Shown here in pieces: positions 18,235 to 27,176 of a stretch of DNA of 64,000 bases (the stretch's first letter is position 1; the number at the start of each line of letters is the position of its first letter). The DNA comes from Acidobacteriota bacterium (lineage in GTDB: Bacteria > Acidobacteriota > Terriglobia > Acidiferrales > UBA7541). The position numbers and the translations under genes are program-made. The notes under the pieces were generated by a model. It worked only from the letters and a program-made list of their open reading frames with translations, ran no database searches and had not been told where the DNA came from. The DNA lies in contig QHYI01000105.1 of NCBI GenBank assembly GCA_003223245.1, positions 7,913 through 71,912 on the forward strand, in the 5' to 3' direction.

Positions 18235-19893
18235 TCACATGCCTTCATAGTTGGGGCCGCCACCACCTTCGGGAACAACCCAATCGATAATCTGGTAAGG
18301 GTCAGCGATGTCGCAGGTTTTGCAGTGCACGCAATTGGAAGCGTTGATTTTCAGCTTTAGCGTAGTGCCGGACTCTTTCACCATTTCGTAGACCGCTGCG
18401 GGACAAAAATACTGGCAGGGATTGCCGTATTCGACGACGCACTTGGTGGAGCAAATGTTCGTGTCTGCAACGTGAAGATGGCAGGGCTGATCTTCTTCGT
18501 GGCGCGTGCCGGAGTGATAGACGTCGGTGAGGCGGTCGAAGGTGAGTTTGCCATCGCCTTTGAACCGCTCCGGCGCAGGGCGGCCGTTGATTTTCCGGTA
18601 GGCCTCGTGGCCCGCGTGCGCGCGCATGGGATCGATCAGGCCGCGGCCGCCGGTGATTTGCTGAAACGCGGTATGAAAAAATCCGCGAAGCATGCCGCGC
18701 GAAAAAGATTGGTGGAAATTGCGGACCTGCCAGAGCTCTTTCTTGACGTAGCTTTGCTCGACTTTTTTCGGGAAGGCGCTCAGCGTCTTTGAAGAAGTAT
18801 CGCCGGATTTGAGGGCTTCGAAAATCGTTTCCGCCGCAAGCATGCCGCTTTTCATCGCCAGATGTATGCCCTTGAGGCGCTGTGAATCGAGGAAGCTGGC
18901 GGAATCGCCGATGATCAGGCCGCCGTCCACGTAGGTGCGGGGCATGGCGTACCAGCCGCCGTAGGGCAGCGACTTCGCGCCGTACCGAACGAGCTTGCCG
19001 CCGTCGAGAAGTTTCTTGAGAAACGGATGCGTCTTCCAGGTTTGAAATACGGCGTGGGGATCGAATTGCGGGTCGGCGTATTCGAGCGCGATGACAAGGC
19101 CGATGGAAACGCGATTGTTCGAAAGGCCGTAAATCCAGCCGCCGCCGTACATGCTGGTGGGAACAGGCCAGCCGAGCGTGTGCGCCACATAGCCGAGCTG
19201 AATGCGGCCGGGCTGCACGTCCCACAATTCCTTGATGCCGATGCCGTAACTTTGCGGATTGATGTTGTCGAGTTTTTTTGCGGCGACGAGTTTTTTGGTG
19301 AGCGAGCCGCGCGTACCTTCGGCAAGCACGGTCACTTTCGCGCGAAGTTCATAGCCGGGCGTGAAGTTGTCCTTGGGCTTGCCGTTTTTGTCGACGCCTT
19401 TGTCTTCGGTGATGACCCCCGCAAGGCCGTCGCCTTCGTAAATTAGCTCGGCACCGCCAAATTCCTTGAAGACGTTGACGCCTGCGGCTTCGACTAGGCC
19501 GCCGAGCCATTTTGTGATTCTGCTGAGCGAAATGAGGTAATTGCCTTTGTTTTGGAAAGGCGGCGGGGTAATTGGGAAACGGAAGGATGAATTCTTGGTG
19601 AAGAGCAGCGCGGCGGAATCGGTAACCGCAGTGTCGAGCGGCGCGGATTTTCGGAAATCAGGAACCAGTTCAGCGAGCGCTTTGGGATTCATGATCGCGC
19701 CGGAAAGCTGGTGCGCGCCGATTTCGCGGCCTTTTTCGAGCACGTAAATATTCTCTGCAGAAAGCTCGGGCTTGGCGCCGGAAACGTTGTGCTTTTTGAT
19801 GAGATTGGCGAGATGCAGCGCGCAAGAAAGCCCCGCCGGCCCCGCGCCGACAATGAGCACGTCGGCCTCGAGTTGTTCGCGCTGATCGGTCAT
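18235..19893 (-). CDS. Electron-transfer flavoprotein:ubiquinone oxidoreductase (ETF-QO)
   Basis: 552 aa with the FAD motif DVLIVGAGPAGLSCALHL and a C-terminal 4Fe-4S region, CPAAVYE...CVHCKTCDI. Confidence 0.9.
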   Translation of the reverse strand: MTDQREQLEADVLIVGAGPAGLSCALHLANLIKKHNVSGAKPELSAENIYVLEKGREIGAHQLSGAIMNPKALAELVPDFRKSAPLDTAVTDSAALLFTKNSSFRFPITPPPFQNKGNYLISLSRITKWLGGLVEAAGVNVFKEFGGAELIYEGDGLAGVITEDKGVDKNGKPKDNFTPGYELRAKVTVLAEGTRGSLTKKLVAAKKLDNINPQSYGIGIKELWDVQPGRIQLGYVAHTLGWPVPTSMYGGGWIYGLSNNRVSIGLVIALEYADPQFDPHAVFQTWKTHPFLKKLLDGGKLVRYGAKSLPYGGWYAMPRTYVDGGLIIGDSASFLDSQRLKGIHLAMKSGMLAAETIFEALKSGDTSSKTLSAFPKKVEQSYVKKELWQVRNFHQSFSRGMLRGFFHTAFQQITGGRGLIDPMRAHAGHEAYRKINGRPAPERFKGDGKLTFDRLTDVYHSGTRHEEDQPCHLHVADTNICSTKCVVEYGNPCQYFCPAAVYEMVKESGTTLKLKINASNCVHCKTCDIADPYQIIDWVVPEGGGGPNYEGM

Positions 19894-20099
19894 GTGGTCA
19901 ATGGTGCTGAGTCTTCTGAAAGCGCTAGCCCCTTCTCACGGAATTCCTCTTCAATCATTCCGAAAACGCGACGCGGTTCGGGAAGCGCTTCTTCGCGCGT
20001 GGGCATTAAAGCATCACAACTGGCGATCGCAGGAATCTCGGCCACCCAACTGCCGGCGTCCTGTTGATGACAAATAGTACTGTAAGCCTCGAATTTCAT
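19890..20099 (-). CDS. HicB-like (UPF0150) single-domain protein, no HicA partner
   Basis: MKFEAYSTICHQQDAGSWVAEIPAIASCDALMPTREEALPEPRRVFGMIEEEF. Its stop overlaps the ETF-QO ATG (ATGA at 19890-19893). Confidence 0.55.
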   Translation of the reverse strand: MKFEAYSTICHQQDAGSWVAEIPAIASCDALMPTREEALPEPRRVFGMIEEEFREKGLALSEDSAPLTT

Positions 20100-20162
20100 T
20101 GCGTAACACAAGTATAAGCTCGGAGAGAACACGGCGCCACGCGCTACTGCCTTGCGGCGATT

Positions 20163-20540
20163 TCAGTTTCCCGTGGGGATGATGCCTGCGTTCTCCACCA
20201 TGAGGATGACAGTGCGCTCGGGAGCGCGCGTGCGATGGAGGACTCCTTTGGGAACGACCGTGCCTTGCCGCGGGCCGAGCTCCATGGTTCTGCCTTCGAG
20301 ATCGATCAACAGCTTCCCTTCGACAACGTAGAAAAACTCGTCGTTATCGTCGTGCTTGTGCCAATGATATTCGCCTTGGACGACTCCAAGACGAACCACC
20401 GACCCATTCACCTGGCAAAGCGTTTGGTTGAACCACTTATAGGTGCACGCACCCGCGAGCGCTTTTTCGTCAATGAGTTCCAGTGGCTGATGAAGGATGT
20501 TGAGTCGCGTCTCGTAAGGAAAGCCTTCCACGTTGGCCAT
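20163..20540 (-). CDS. Cupin-domain protein
   Basis: GEYHWHKHDDNDEFFYVVEGKLLIDLEGRTMELGPRQGTVVPKGVLHR. I prefer the start at MANVEG (20540), which is preceded by GGGAGG. Confidence 0.75.
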   Translation of the reverse strand: MANVEGFPYETRLNILHQPLELIDEKALAGACTYKWFNQTLCQVNGSVVRLGVVQGEYHWHKHDDNDEFFYVVEGKLLIDLEGRTMELGPRQGTVVPKGVLHRTRAPERTVILMVENAGIIPTGN

Positions 20541-20680
20541 CCGACGCCTCCCGTGCAGAGCGATCTTTCTTTTGTGCAACTTCATTAATGAGGTTGCGAC
20601 CTGCTCCAGCCAAGCGCCAATTTGTCATATCCGTGCTACGGCGTTGGAAGAAAAGCAGTTTTGCGTTTACCGCGCTTGGC

Positions 20681-21664
20681 CTATTTGGCGTTCTGCAAGA
20701 CTTCGCTGAGCGCGGGCATGATTTCGAAGATGTCTCCGACAACACCGTAGTCGGCGATCTCGAAAATGGGCGCGTTCGAATCTTTGTTGATGGCCACGAT
20801 GGTACGCGCGCCTTTCATGCCCACCACGTGCTGAATGGCACCGCTAATGCCGAGCGCGAGATAAAGTTTTGGCGCGACGGTTTGGCCAGAACTGCCGATC
20901 TGGCGTTCCATAGGGAGCCAGCCTTCATCGCAGATGGGGCGCGAGGCGGCGATTTCCGCCCCAAGTGCTTTCGCGAGCGCTTCCGCTTGCGGAATGTTTT
21001 CCCGAGCTTTGATGCCGCGGCCAATGGCGACAATAAGCGGTGCTTGCGTGAGGTCGACGGCGGATTTGGCCTCTTTGAACAGCTCCATCGGCTTCGTGCG
21101 AATCTGCGTGGCGTTCAACGTCACGCTGACGGCGTTCACCGGGGCTTTGATAGAAGGATGGGCGGCAAGCAAATCCGCGCGAAAAGCGCCGGATTGAAAC
21201 GAGGCAAACCAGGGCGCCGGGCCCGTGAAAGTGACGTCCGCAGCGGTCTTACCCTGGAACATCTGGCGCACGAAGACAAGCTTGCCGCCTTCGTTGCGGT
21301 AGCCGATGCAGTCGCCGATCATGCCTTTGCCCAGTCTCGCAGCAAGCTTGGGCGCGAAGTCGCGCACCTGATAGGTGTGCGGGAACAACACCATTTCAGG
21401 CTTGGCCGATTCGATCACTTGGTTGAGAACGATGCAGTAGGCGTCGGGCGTGTACGCCTCGAGCAGGTCGTGTTCTACGCGCAGAACCTCGGAGACATTT
21501 TTTGAGGCGAGTTCATCTGCAAAAGAAGAAATTCCTTTGCCCATGACAAGGGCGCTGACGGTACTTGACGTGTCTTTGGCGATTTGTTGCGCGGCAGCCA
21601 GCGTCTCAAAACTGCCGTTGTGCCATTTGCCTTGGCGTAATTCGGTGACGACGAGGATTTTCAT
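20681..21664 (-). CDS. etfA: Electron transfer flavoprotein alpha subunit
   Basis: 327 aa with PKLYLALGISGAIQHVVGMKGARTIVAINKD. Confidence 0.95.
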   Translation of the reverse strand: MKILVVTELRQGKWHNGSFETLAAAQQIAKDTSSTVSALVMGKGISSFADELASKNVSEVLRVEHDLLEAYTPDAYCIVLNQVIESAKPEMVLFPHTYQVRDFAPKLAARLGKGMIGDCIGYRNEGGKLVFVRQMFQGKTAADVTFTGPAPWFASFQSGAFRADLLAAHPSIKAPVNAVSVTLNATQIRTKPMELFKEAKSAVDLTQAPLIVAIGRGIKARENIPQAEALAKALGAEIAASRPICDEGWLPMERQIGSSGQTVAPKLYLALGISGAIQHVVGMKGARTIVAINKDSNAPIFEIADYGVVGDIFEIMPALSEVLQNAK

Positions 21665-21666
21665 GG

Positions 21667-22431
21667 CTAGATCACCCGCGCTTCAAACTTGAGTTTTTCC
21701 ACGAGTTTTGTCGCCACTTCCTTGGGCGTGCCGGTCAGAAATTCCGTCTTTTTTGTTTTTGTGGGCACGTAGATTTTTTCGATTTTCTGCGTGGGTTCAT
21801 GCGAAACGCCCAAGGATTCGCGCGCGATCGTCGCGATTTCCTTTTTCTTGGCCGCCATGATGCCCTTGAGCGTGGCGTAGCGAACTTTGTTGATGCCGGA
21901 CTGAATCGACAGCACCGCGGGCAGCGGGCATTCCATCCACTGAAACCATCCCGCTTCCAGCTCGCGTTTGAGCTTCATCTTTCCGTCCTGCGCTTCAATT
22001 TGCATGATGATGGTGGCGTGCGGGCGGTCGAGCAGAGCGGCGAGGAGCACGCCGGTCTGCCCAAAGCCGTGGTCGTCGCTCTGCAAGCCCGTAAGGACTA
22101 GATCCGCTTTTTCTTTTTGAATGGCGGCCGCAAGGGCTTTGGCCGAGCCGAGCGGATCGAGTTGCGCGAAATGGTCATCGGCGATGTGAATGCCGCGGTC
22201 GGCGCCCTTCGCAAGCGCTTCCTTGATGGTTTGTTTCACCCGTTCCGGCCCCATCGAGAGCGCGACCACTTCGCCTCCGTGCTTTTCCTTGAGCCGCAGC
22301 GCTTCTTCGAGCGCGTAGCTGTCCGGCTCGTTCATTTCGAAGCCGATGTCAGACTCCTTGATCCAGTTTCCGGCGATGGCCAGGGGCGCGTCTTTCGCGG
22401 GAACCTGCTTGATGCACACGATGATGTTCAC
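21667..22431 (-). CDS. etfB: Electron transfer flavoprotein beta subunit
   Basis: 254 aa with MNIIVCIKQVP...NEPDSYALEEALRLKE. Confidence 0.95.
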   Translation of the reverse strand: MNIIVCIKQVPAKDAPLAIAGNWIKESDIGFEMNEPDSYALEEALRLKEKHGGEVVALSMGPERVKQTIKEALAKGADRGIHIADDHFAQLDPLGSAKALAAAIQKEKADLVLTGLQSDDHGFGQTGVLLAALLDRPHATIIMQIEAQDGKMKLKRELEAGWFQWMECPLPAVLSIQSGINKVRYATLKGIMAAKKKEIATIARESLGVSHEPTQKIEKIYVPTKTKKTEFLTGTPKEVATKLVEKLKFEARVI

Positions 22432-22473
22432 GCGGATGCTTCCTTTCAGAATTTCCCAATTCCATGGAGCGAG

Positions 22474-22495
22474 AAAAACCGCGGGAGCGCGCGGC
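22474..22495 (-). terminator. Candidate intrinsic terminator after fabF
   Basis: The minus strand reads CCGCG-cgctcc-CGCGG followed by TTTTTC, about 15 nt after the fabF stop. Confidence 0.45.
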
Positions 22496-22510
22496 TAAAG
22501 AAGTCTAATT

Positions 22511-23755
22511 CTACTTGCCGGACCAGCGCCGGAAAATGAGCGCGGCGTTGGTGCCGCCAAATCCAAAAGAATTCGAGAGTGCGTACTCGACCGACGCTTT
22601 GCGCGCATGTTTGGGCACGTAATCCAGATCGCATTCCGGATCGGGATTTTCCAGATTAATCGTGGGCGGCAGCGTCTGATCGCGCAGTGCCAGCACGCTG
22701 ATGCCAGCTTCGAGTCCACCCGCGCCGCCGAGCAAGTGACCGGTCATCGATTTCGTTGAGCTAACGGGCACCTTCTTGGTGCGCTCACCGAAAACGCGCT
22801 TCAGAGCGCGCGTTTCGATGATGTCACCGATAGGCGTGGAAGTCCCGTGGGCGTTTACGTAACCAATGTCATTAGGGGAGAGCTTGGCGTCCTTGAGCGC
22901 CACCTTCATTACGCGATACGCGCCATCGCCGTTCTCTTCCGGCTGCGTCATGTGATACGCGTCGCCAGACATGCCGTAGCCGACGATTTCGGCCAGAATC
23001 GGCGCGTTGCGCTTCTGCGCATGTTCGAGGGACTCAAGTATCAGAATACCTGCGCCTTCGCCGACGACGAAGCCGTCGCGGCCGGCGTCCCAAGGACGGC
23101 TGGCATGTTGAGGATCGTCATTGCGGGTAGAGAGCGCCTTCATGGCAGCAAAGCCGCCGATGCCCATGGGCGTTACGGTGGCTTCCGAGCCGCCACAAAT
23201 CATCATCTCCGCGGCGCCGCGCTCGATAATTTTGAACGAGTCGCCAACGGCATGCGCGGAAGCAGAGCACGCTGTAGCCGTCGCGGAATTCGGCCCTTTC
23301 GCGCCATAGCGAATCGAAATCTGCCCCGAGGCGAGATTCACAATGGCAGAAGGAATGAAAAAGGGAGAAATCTTGCCCGGGCCGCCGTTCAGCAGCTTCC
23401 CGTGCTCGCGCTCGATGATATCGAACCCGCCGATGCCGGAAGAAACGTACACGCCCACTTCATCGAGATTGGAATCTTCGGGTTTCCAGTTGGCCGACTT
23501 CACCGCAAAATCCGCGCTGGCCAGCGCGATCTGGATGAAGCGCGCCATCTTCTTCAATTCTTTTTTTTCGATCCAGTTAAAAGGGTCGAAGTTCTTCACT
23601 TCGCCCGCGATTTTGCAATCGAATCCGGTCGCGTCAAATTGCGTGATCGGCGCAATCCCGCTGCATCCGGCAACGAGGTTCCTCCAGCATTCCTCCGTGC
23701 CGATGCCCAGCGCGCAGACCAGCCCAACACCCGTGACGACTACCCGGCGAGTCAA
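22511..23755 (-). CDS. fabF: 3-oxoacyl-ACP synthase II
   Basis: 414 aa with RRVVVTGVGLV, ATACSASAHA (active-site Cys), NAHGTSTP and GHLLGGAG. Confidence 0.95.
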   Translation of the reverse strand: MTRRVVVTGVGLVCALGIGTEECWRNLVAGCSGIAPITQFDATGFDCKIAGEVKNFDPFNWIEKKELKKMARFIQIALASADFAVKSANWKPEDSNLDEVGVYVSSGIGGFDIIEREHGKLLNGGPGKISPFFIPSAIVNLASGQISIRYGAKGPNSATATACSASAHAVGDSFKIIERGAAEMMICGGSEATVTPMGIGGFAAMKALSTRNDDPQHASRPWDAGRDGFVVGEGAGILILESLEHAQKRNAPILAEIVGYGMSGDAYHMTQPEENGDGAYRVMKVALKDAKLSPNDIGYVNAHGTSTPIGDIIETRALKRVFGERTKKVPVSSTKSMTGHLLGGAGGLEAGISVLALRDQTLPPTINLENPDPECDLDYVPKHARKASVEYALSNSFGFGGTNAALIFRRWSGK

Positions 23756-23793
23756 TGTTCCGATACTCCCTGTTGAGGTGATGGTTCCGTGGT

Positions 23794-24036
23794 TTACTTA
23801 CCTTTGGCGTGTTTGTCGATATATTCGACCGCGTCTTTCACCGTAGTCATTTTTTCGGCGTCTTCGTCCGGCACTTCGATGCCGAAGGCTTCCTCAAACG
23901 CCATTACCAATTCTACCTGATCGAGCGAGTCGGCTCCTAAATCGTCCACAAACGAAGCTGTGGGCGTAACTTCCGCTTCATCCACGCCGAGCTGCTCGAC
24001 GATAATCTGCTTCACGCGTTCTTCTACGCTAGCCAT
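23794..24036 (-). CDS. acpP: Acyl carrier protein
   Basis: 80 aa with the phosphopantetheine site [18 protein letters not shown]. The RBS is GGAGGAAAG. Confidence 0.95.
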   Translation of the reverse strand: MASVEERVKQIIVEQLGVDEAEVTPTASFVDDLGADSLDQVELVMAFEEAFGIEVPDEDAEKMTTVKDAVEYIDKHAKGK

Positions 24037-24232
24037 CCTTCTTTCCTCCGCGATTCTAAGTCAGTGTCAGTGCTTTTTATTCCGCTGATCCCAGGCTGAA
24101 GAGCCTGCCCTGCCTGCGCGGAGTACAGCCGCGCGAAAATGGTGTTTTCGAACCCGTACTCTCGGATTCGCGGCTGGCGGCCGCGGTTACGTGCCGATTT
24201 CGCTTGATAATGGGGCCCTGAATAACCTGCCC

Positions 24233-24261
24233 ATTCTAGTCAGGGCACCTTGCAAGGTCAA
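24233..24261 (-). promoter_or_regulatory. Sigma70-type promoter upstream of acpP
   Basis: The minus strand reads TTGACC, a 17-nt spacer, then TAGAAT, about 195 nt upstream of the acpP ATG. Confidence 0.45.
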
Positions 24262-24531
24262 CTTTCAGGCCCCGAAGATTCCCCATGAAAGGTAGTGGCG
24301 TCGATGATTCCACCCCAACCCTTTCCAGCAATATAGTGGGCTATTCCTTCAAAGAGCAGGTCGTCAGGATTTCGTCTCCGTCTAAGTCATAGAATCGCAG
24401 CTTCAAACCTTCCTGCAATCCGATTCCCGCTTCTTTCAAATCTTCGAAACTACCCTTGGCAAAGGGGCTCCCGTCACCGTTGCTTGGCGGATACAAATAG
24501 AGTCTACCGTGCTTCTCTGGAAGCTTGTTAA

Positions 24532-24636
24532 GCCGCCGTTGACATCGAGGACGTGGCCGGTGATGCAGCCGGCTTCGTCGCTCGCGAGAAAAACAATGGC
24601 GGCAGCTGCCGCGCTGGCATCTCCGTACTCCTGATT
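24532..24636 (-). pseudogene. 3'-terminal remnant (35 codons) of a FabG-like short-chain dehydrogenase
   Basis: It translates to [35 protein letters not shown]. The intact FabG C-terminus is [33 protein letters not shown]. By hand alignment, 24 of 33 aligned residues are identical. The DNA of 24532-24608 aligns with 26332-26408. Confidence 0.8.
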
Positions 24637-26163
24637 TTAGGTGATCGACTTCGAGCGCTCCACTGGCGCACTCGGCCCTTGGGGATGGATGTACATCGCC
24701 GCCGTGTCAATGGTCTTTAGCTCCGGCTGCGGCAGGCCCATGGGATAGCGCACTTCGCGCTGGTGGTCGGCGAATTGCCGCTTGTAGTTGTACACGCTGT
24801 TGAACTTCCACAGCATTTTGACGAAATTCGTCTGGCCACGCGCCAGAAATCCGAGCGAGAGACCAAGGGTGCGCCCCAAAGCGACCCAACCCATGAATTT
24901 CTTGTTTAAGACTTCCTGGGTTTGTAAAAGTTGGCGATAGAACTCTTGGAGCGGGAGCTTGGTCGGCAGCACCGCGTGTTGTACATCGAAGAGCCGGTAG
25001 TCCCGCGTCGTAAACTGGCGCGACTCGCTAAGCCAGGTCTCTGTGCCGGGATAGGGGGTGTTCACCGTGATGTGCACAATTTCCGGCACCGACAGCGCCC
25101 ATTCTCGCACCACAGCAAAGCGTTGTTCATCCCAACTCGGGTCAGCGATGATGTTGATGGCAGCGAACATGCCGAGGTCGCGAGCGCATTTGAGCGCTTC
25201 CAGATTCTTGTTGAGCGTGATGCGTTTCCGGTGCTCTTTCAGCCCTTCTTCGTCAATCGCTTCAATGCCTAGAAACATGTATTCCAACCCGAGCCGTTTC
25301 CAATACCGAAAAACCTCTTTGTTGCGCAAAAGCACGTCTCCGCGCGTTTCCAGGTAATAGTGTTTCTTGATGCCCCGCCGCTCGATTTCGCGAGCAATGG
25401 CGTAACCGTGGTCCGCGTAAATGAACGCGACGTCGTCTACGATAAACACGCCGGGTTCCCGGATGCTCGCCAGATCCTCGGCGGCCGCTTCCGGGCTGCG
25501 CTGACGGTAGCTCCGCCCATAAAACGTCCACGCGCTGCAGAAGACGCAATCCCAGGGACAGCCCCGCGTGAATTCAATCGAGGCAGCCGGGTCGAGCACG
25601 CCGATAAAATATTTTCGCCGCCTCGGCAAGAGATCGCGCGCAGGATGCAATTCGTCTAAGCTTGCGATCATCTCAGGCGCGGGTCCTGCTCCCGTTAGTG
25701 TCACGATGCCCGGCAGTTTGTGAATGCTGTCGCGATTCTCTCCCGCCCGCTCCAGCAATCTCGGGGTAATGCCCTCGCCTTCTCCTTTCACGACGCAATC
25801 GAGCGCCCCACCAGCGTGCTCTAGAATCTCCTTCGCTGTGAAGGACGCGCTGTGCCCCCCGGCAAACAGAAAAGCCTCAGGCAATAGTTGACGCGTGGCC
25901 TGTACTAAATCCACCACTTCAGGAATGTTGGCCAGGTAATTCAGCGAATAGCCGATGGCCTCCGGCCGCCAGTCCCGAACGATGCGGAAATAGTCTTTTT
26001 GGCTGCTCGCTTGAAGATCCAAGAGGCGGACGTCATATGCGCTTTTGCGGCAAGCGGCGGCCACAAGCTCGAGTCCCAGCGGCTCAAGCCGCAGGTACAC
26101 TTCCGAGTACATCAAGGAGCTGGGATGTACAAGAAGAACCCGGTGGATTTCCCGCGAATGCAT
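24637..26163 (-). CDS. B12-binding-domain radical SAM protein (class B; HpnR-like hopanoid/lipid methylase is one possibility, unverified)
   Basis: 508 aa. The N-terminus VLLVHPSSLMYSEVYLRLEPLGLELVAAACRKSAYDVRLLDLQ resembles a cobalamin-binding Rossmann fold. The radical SAM cluster motif is TRGCPWDCVFCSAW (CxxxCxxC). Confidence 0.9.
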   Translation of the reverse strand: MHSREIHRVLLVHPSSLMYSEVYLRLEPLGLELVAAACRKSAYDVRLLDLQASSQKDYFRIVRDWRPEAIGYSLNYLANIPEVVDLVQATRQLLPEAFLFAGGHSASFTAKEILEHAGGALDCVVKGEGEGITPRLLERAGENRDSIHKLPGIVTLTGAGPAPEMIASLDELHPARDLLPRRRKYFIGVLDPAASIEFTRGCPWDCVFCSAWTFYGRSYRQRSPEAAAEDLASIREPGVFIVDDVAFIYADHGYAIAREIERRGIKKHYYLETRGDVLLRNKEVFRYWKRLGLEYMFLGIEAIDEEGLKEHRKRITLNKNLEALKCARDLGMFAAINIIADPSWDEQRFAVVREWALSVPEIVHITVNTPYPGTETWLSESRQFTTRDYRLFDVQHAVLPTKLPLQEFYRQLLQTQEVLNKKFMGWVALGRTLGLSLGFLARGQTNFVKMLWKFNSVYNYKRQFADHQREVRYPMGLPQPELKTIDTAAMYIHPQGPSAPVERSKSIT

Positions 26164-26208
26164 GATGCCCCCCGCGCGTCACCACCCCTTGGACTAGCTG
26201 GCGGTATC

Positions 26209-26237
26209 ATTACAAAATCTTCGAGTTGCCTTGTCAA
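26209..26237 (-). promoter_or_regulatory. Near-consensus sigma70 promoter dedicated to the radical SAM gene
   Basis: The minus strand reads TTGACA, a 17-nt spacer, then TGTAAT. It lies between the fabG stop (26315) and the rSAM ATG (26163). Confidence 0.5.
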
Positions 26238-26314
26238 CGGCCGCCCGCAAGGCGTGTCGCCCTGCAAGCCTGCCGTACGACAATTCGCCTAGCCGCTTTA
26301 CTCGCCTAATTTTG

Positions 26315-27061
26315 TCACGCCATGTACATACCGCCGTTCACGTCCAGGACGTGGCCGGTGATGTAGCCGGCTTCGTCGCTCGCAAGAAAAACAACGGCCG
26401 CGGCGACGTCGCGTGGACAGCCCATGCGGCCCAGCGGAATGCGCGTCTTTAAATCTTCTTTCACTTTGTCGGGAAGCACGCCGGTCATCGGCGTTTTGAT
26501 AAAGCCGGGCGCGACGGCATTCACGGTGATATTGCGCGAAGCGATTTCGATGGCGATGGCTTTCGTCAAGCCTATCAGACCAGCTTTGGCGGCGACGTAA
26601 TTCGCCTGGCCCGCGTTACCCATTTGTGCCACCACCGAGGCGATGTTGACGATGCGGCCCCGCCGCGCGCGCACCATGGTCAGAAGAGCTTGCTGAATGC
26701 ACAAATGCGCGCCGGTCAGGTTCGTGCGAATCACCGCGTCCCAATCCTCCGCCTTCATGCGCATGGCCAAGCCGTCGCGCGTAATCGCCGCGTTGTTCAC
26801 CAGAATATCGAGGCGGCCGAATTTCTCGACGACGGCTTTGAATCCCGCCCTGACCTGTTCCGCATCCGCCACGTCCATCTTCACCGCGAACGCTTCTTCG
26901 CCTGCCGCGGTAATCTCTTTCACCAGCGCCGCGAGCTTCTCTTCATTGCGCGCAGCCACGGCGACTTTGGCGCCTGCTTCCGCAAGCGCCAGCGCCGTGT
27001 CGCGCCCAATGCCCTGCGACGCGCCGGTCACCAGAGCTACTTTGTCTTTCAAGCGGAACAT
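26315..27061 (-). CDS. fabG: 3-oxoacyl-ACP reductase
   Basis: 248 aa with [20 protein letters not shown] and YVAAKAG. Confidence 0.95.
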   Translation of the reverse strand: MFRLKDKVALVTGASQGIGRDTALALAEAGAKVAVAARNEEKLAALVKEITAAGEEAFAVKMDVADAEQVRAGFKAVVEKFGRLDILVNNAAITRDGLAMRMKAEDWDAVIRTNLTGAHLCIQQALLTMVRARRGRIVNIASVVAQMGNAGQANYVAAKAGLIGLTKAIAIEIASRNITVNAVAPGFIKTPMTGVLPDKVKEDLKTRIPLGRMGCPRDVAAAVVFLASDEAGYITGHVLDVNGGMYMA

Positions 27062-27176
27062 TTCTTTCGCTCGCAGCTGTGCCTCACCCCTTTAGGGGTG
27101 AGGTCTTCTCCTTCAATTTCGGCTAAAACGGGTCGAGTAACCGCCTCAGGCCTGAAGGCCCGAGCTTACAAACTCT

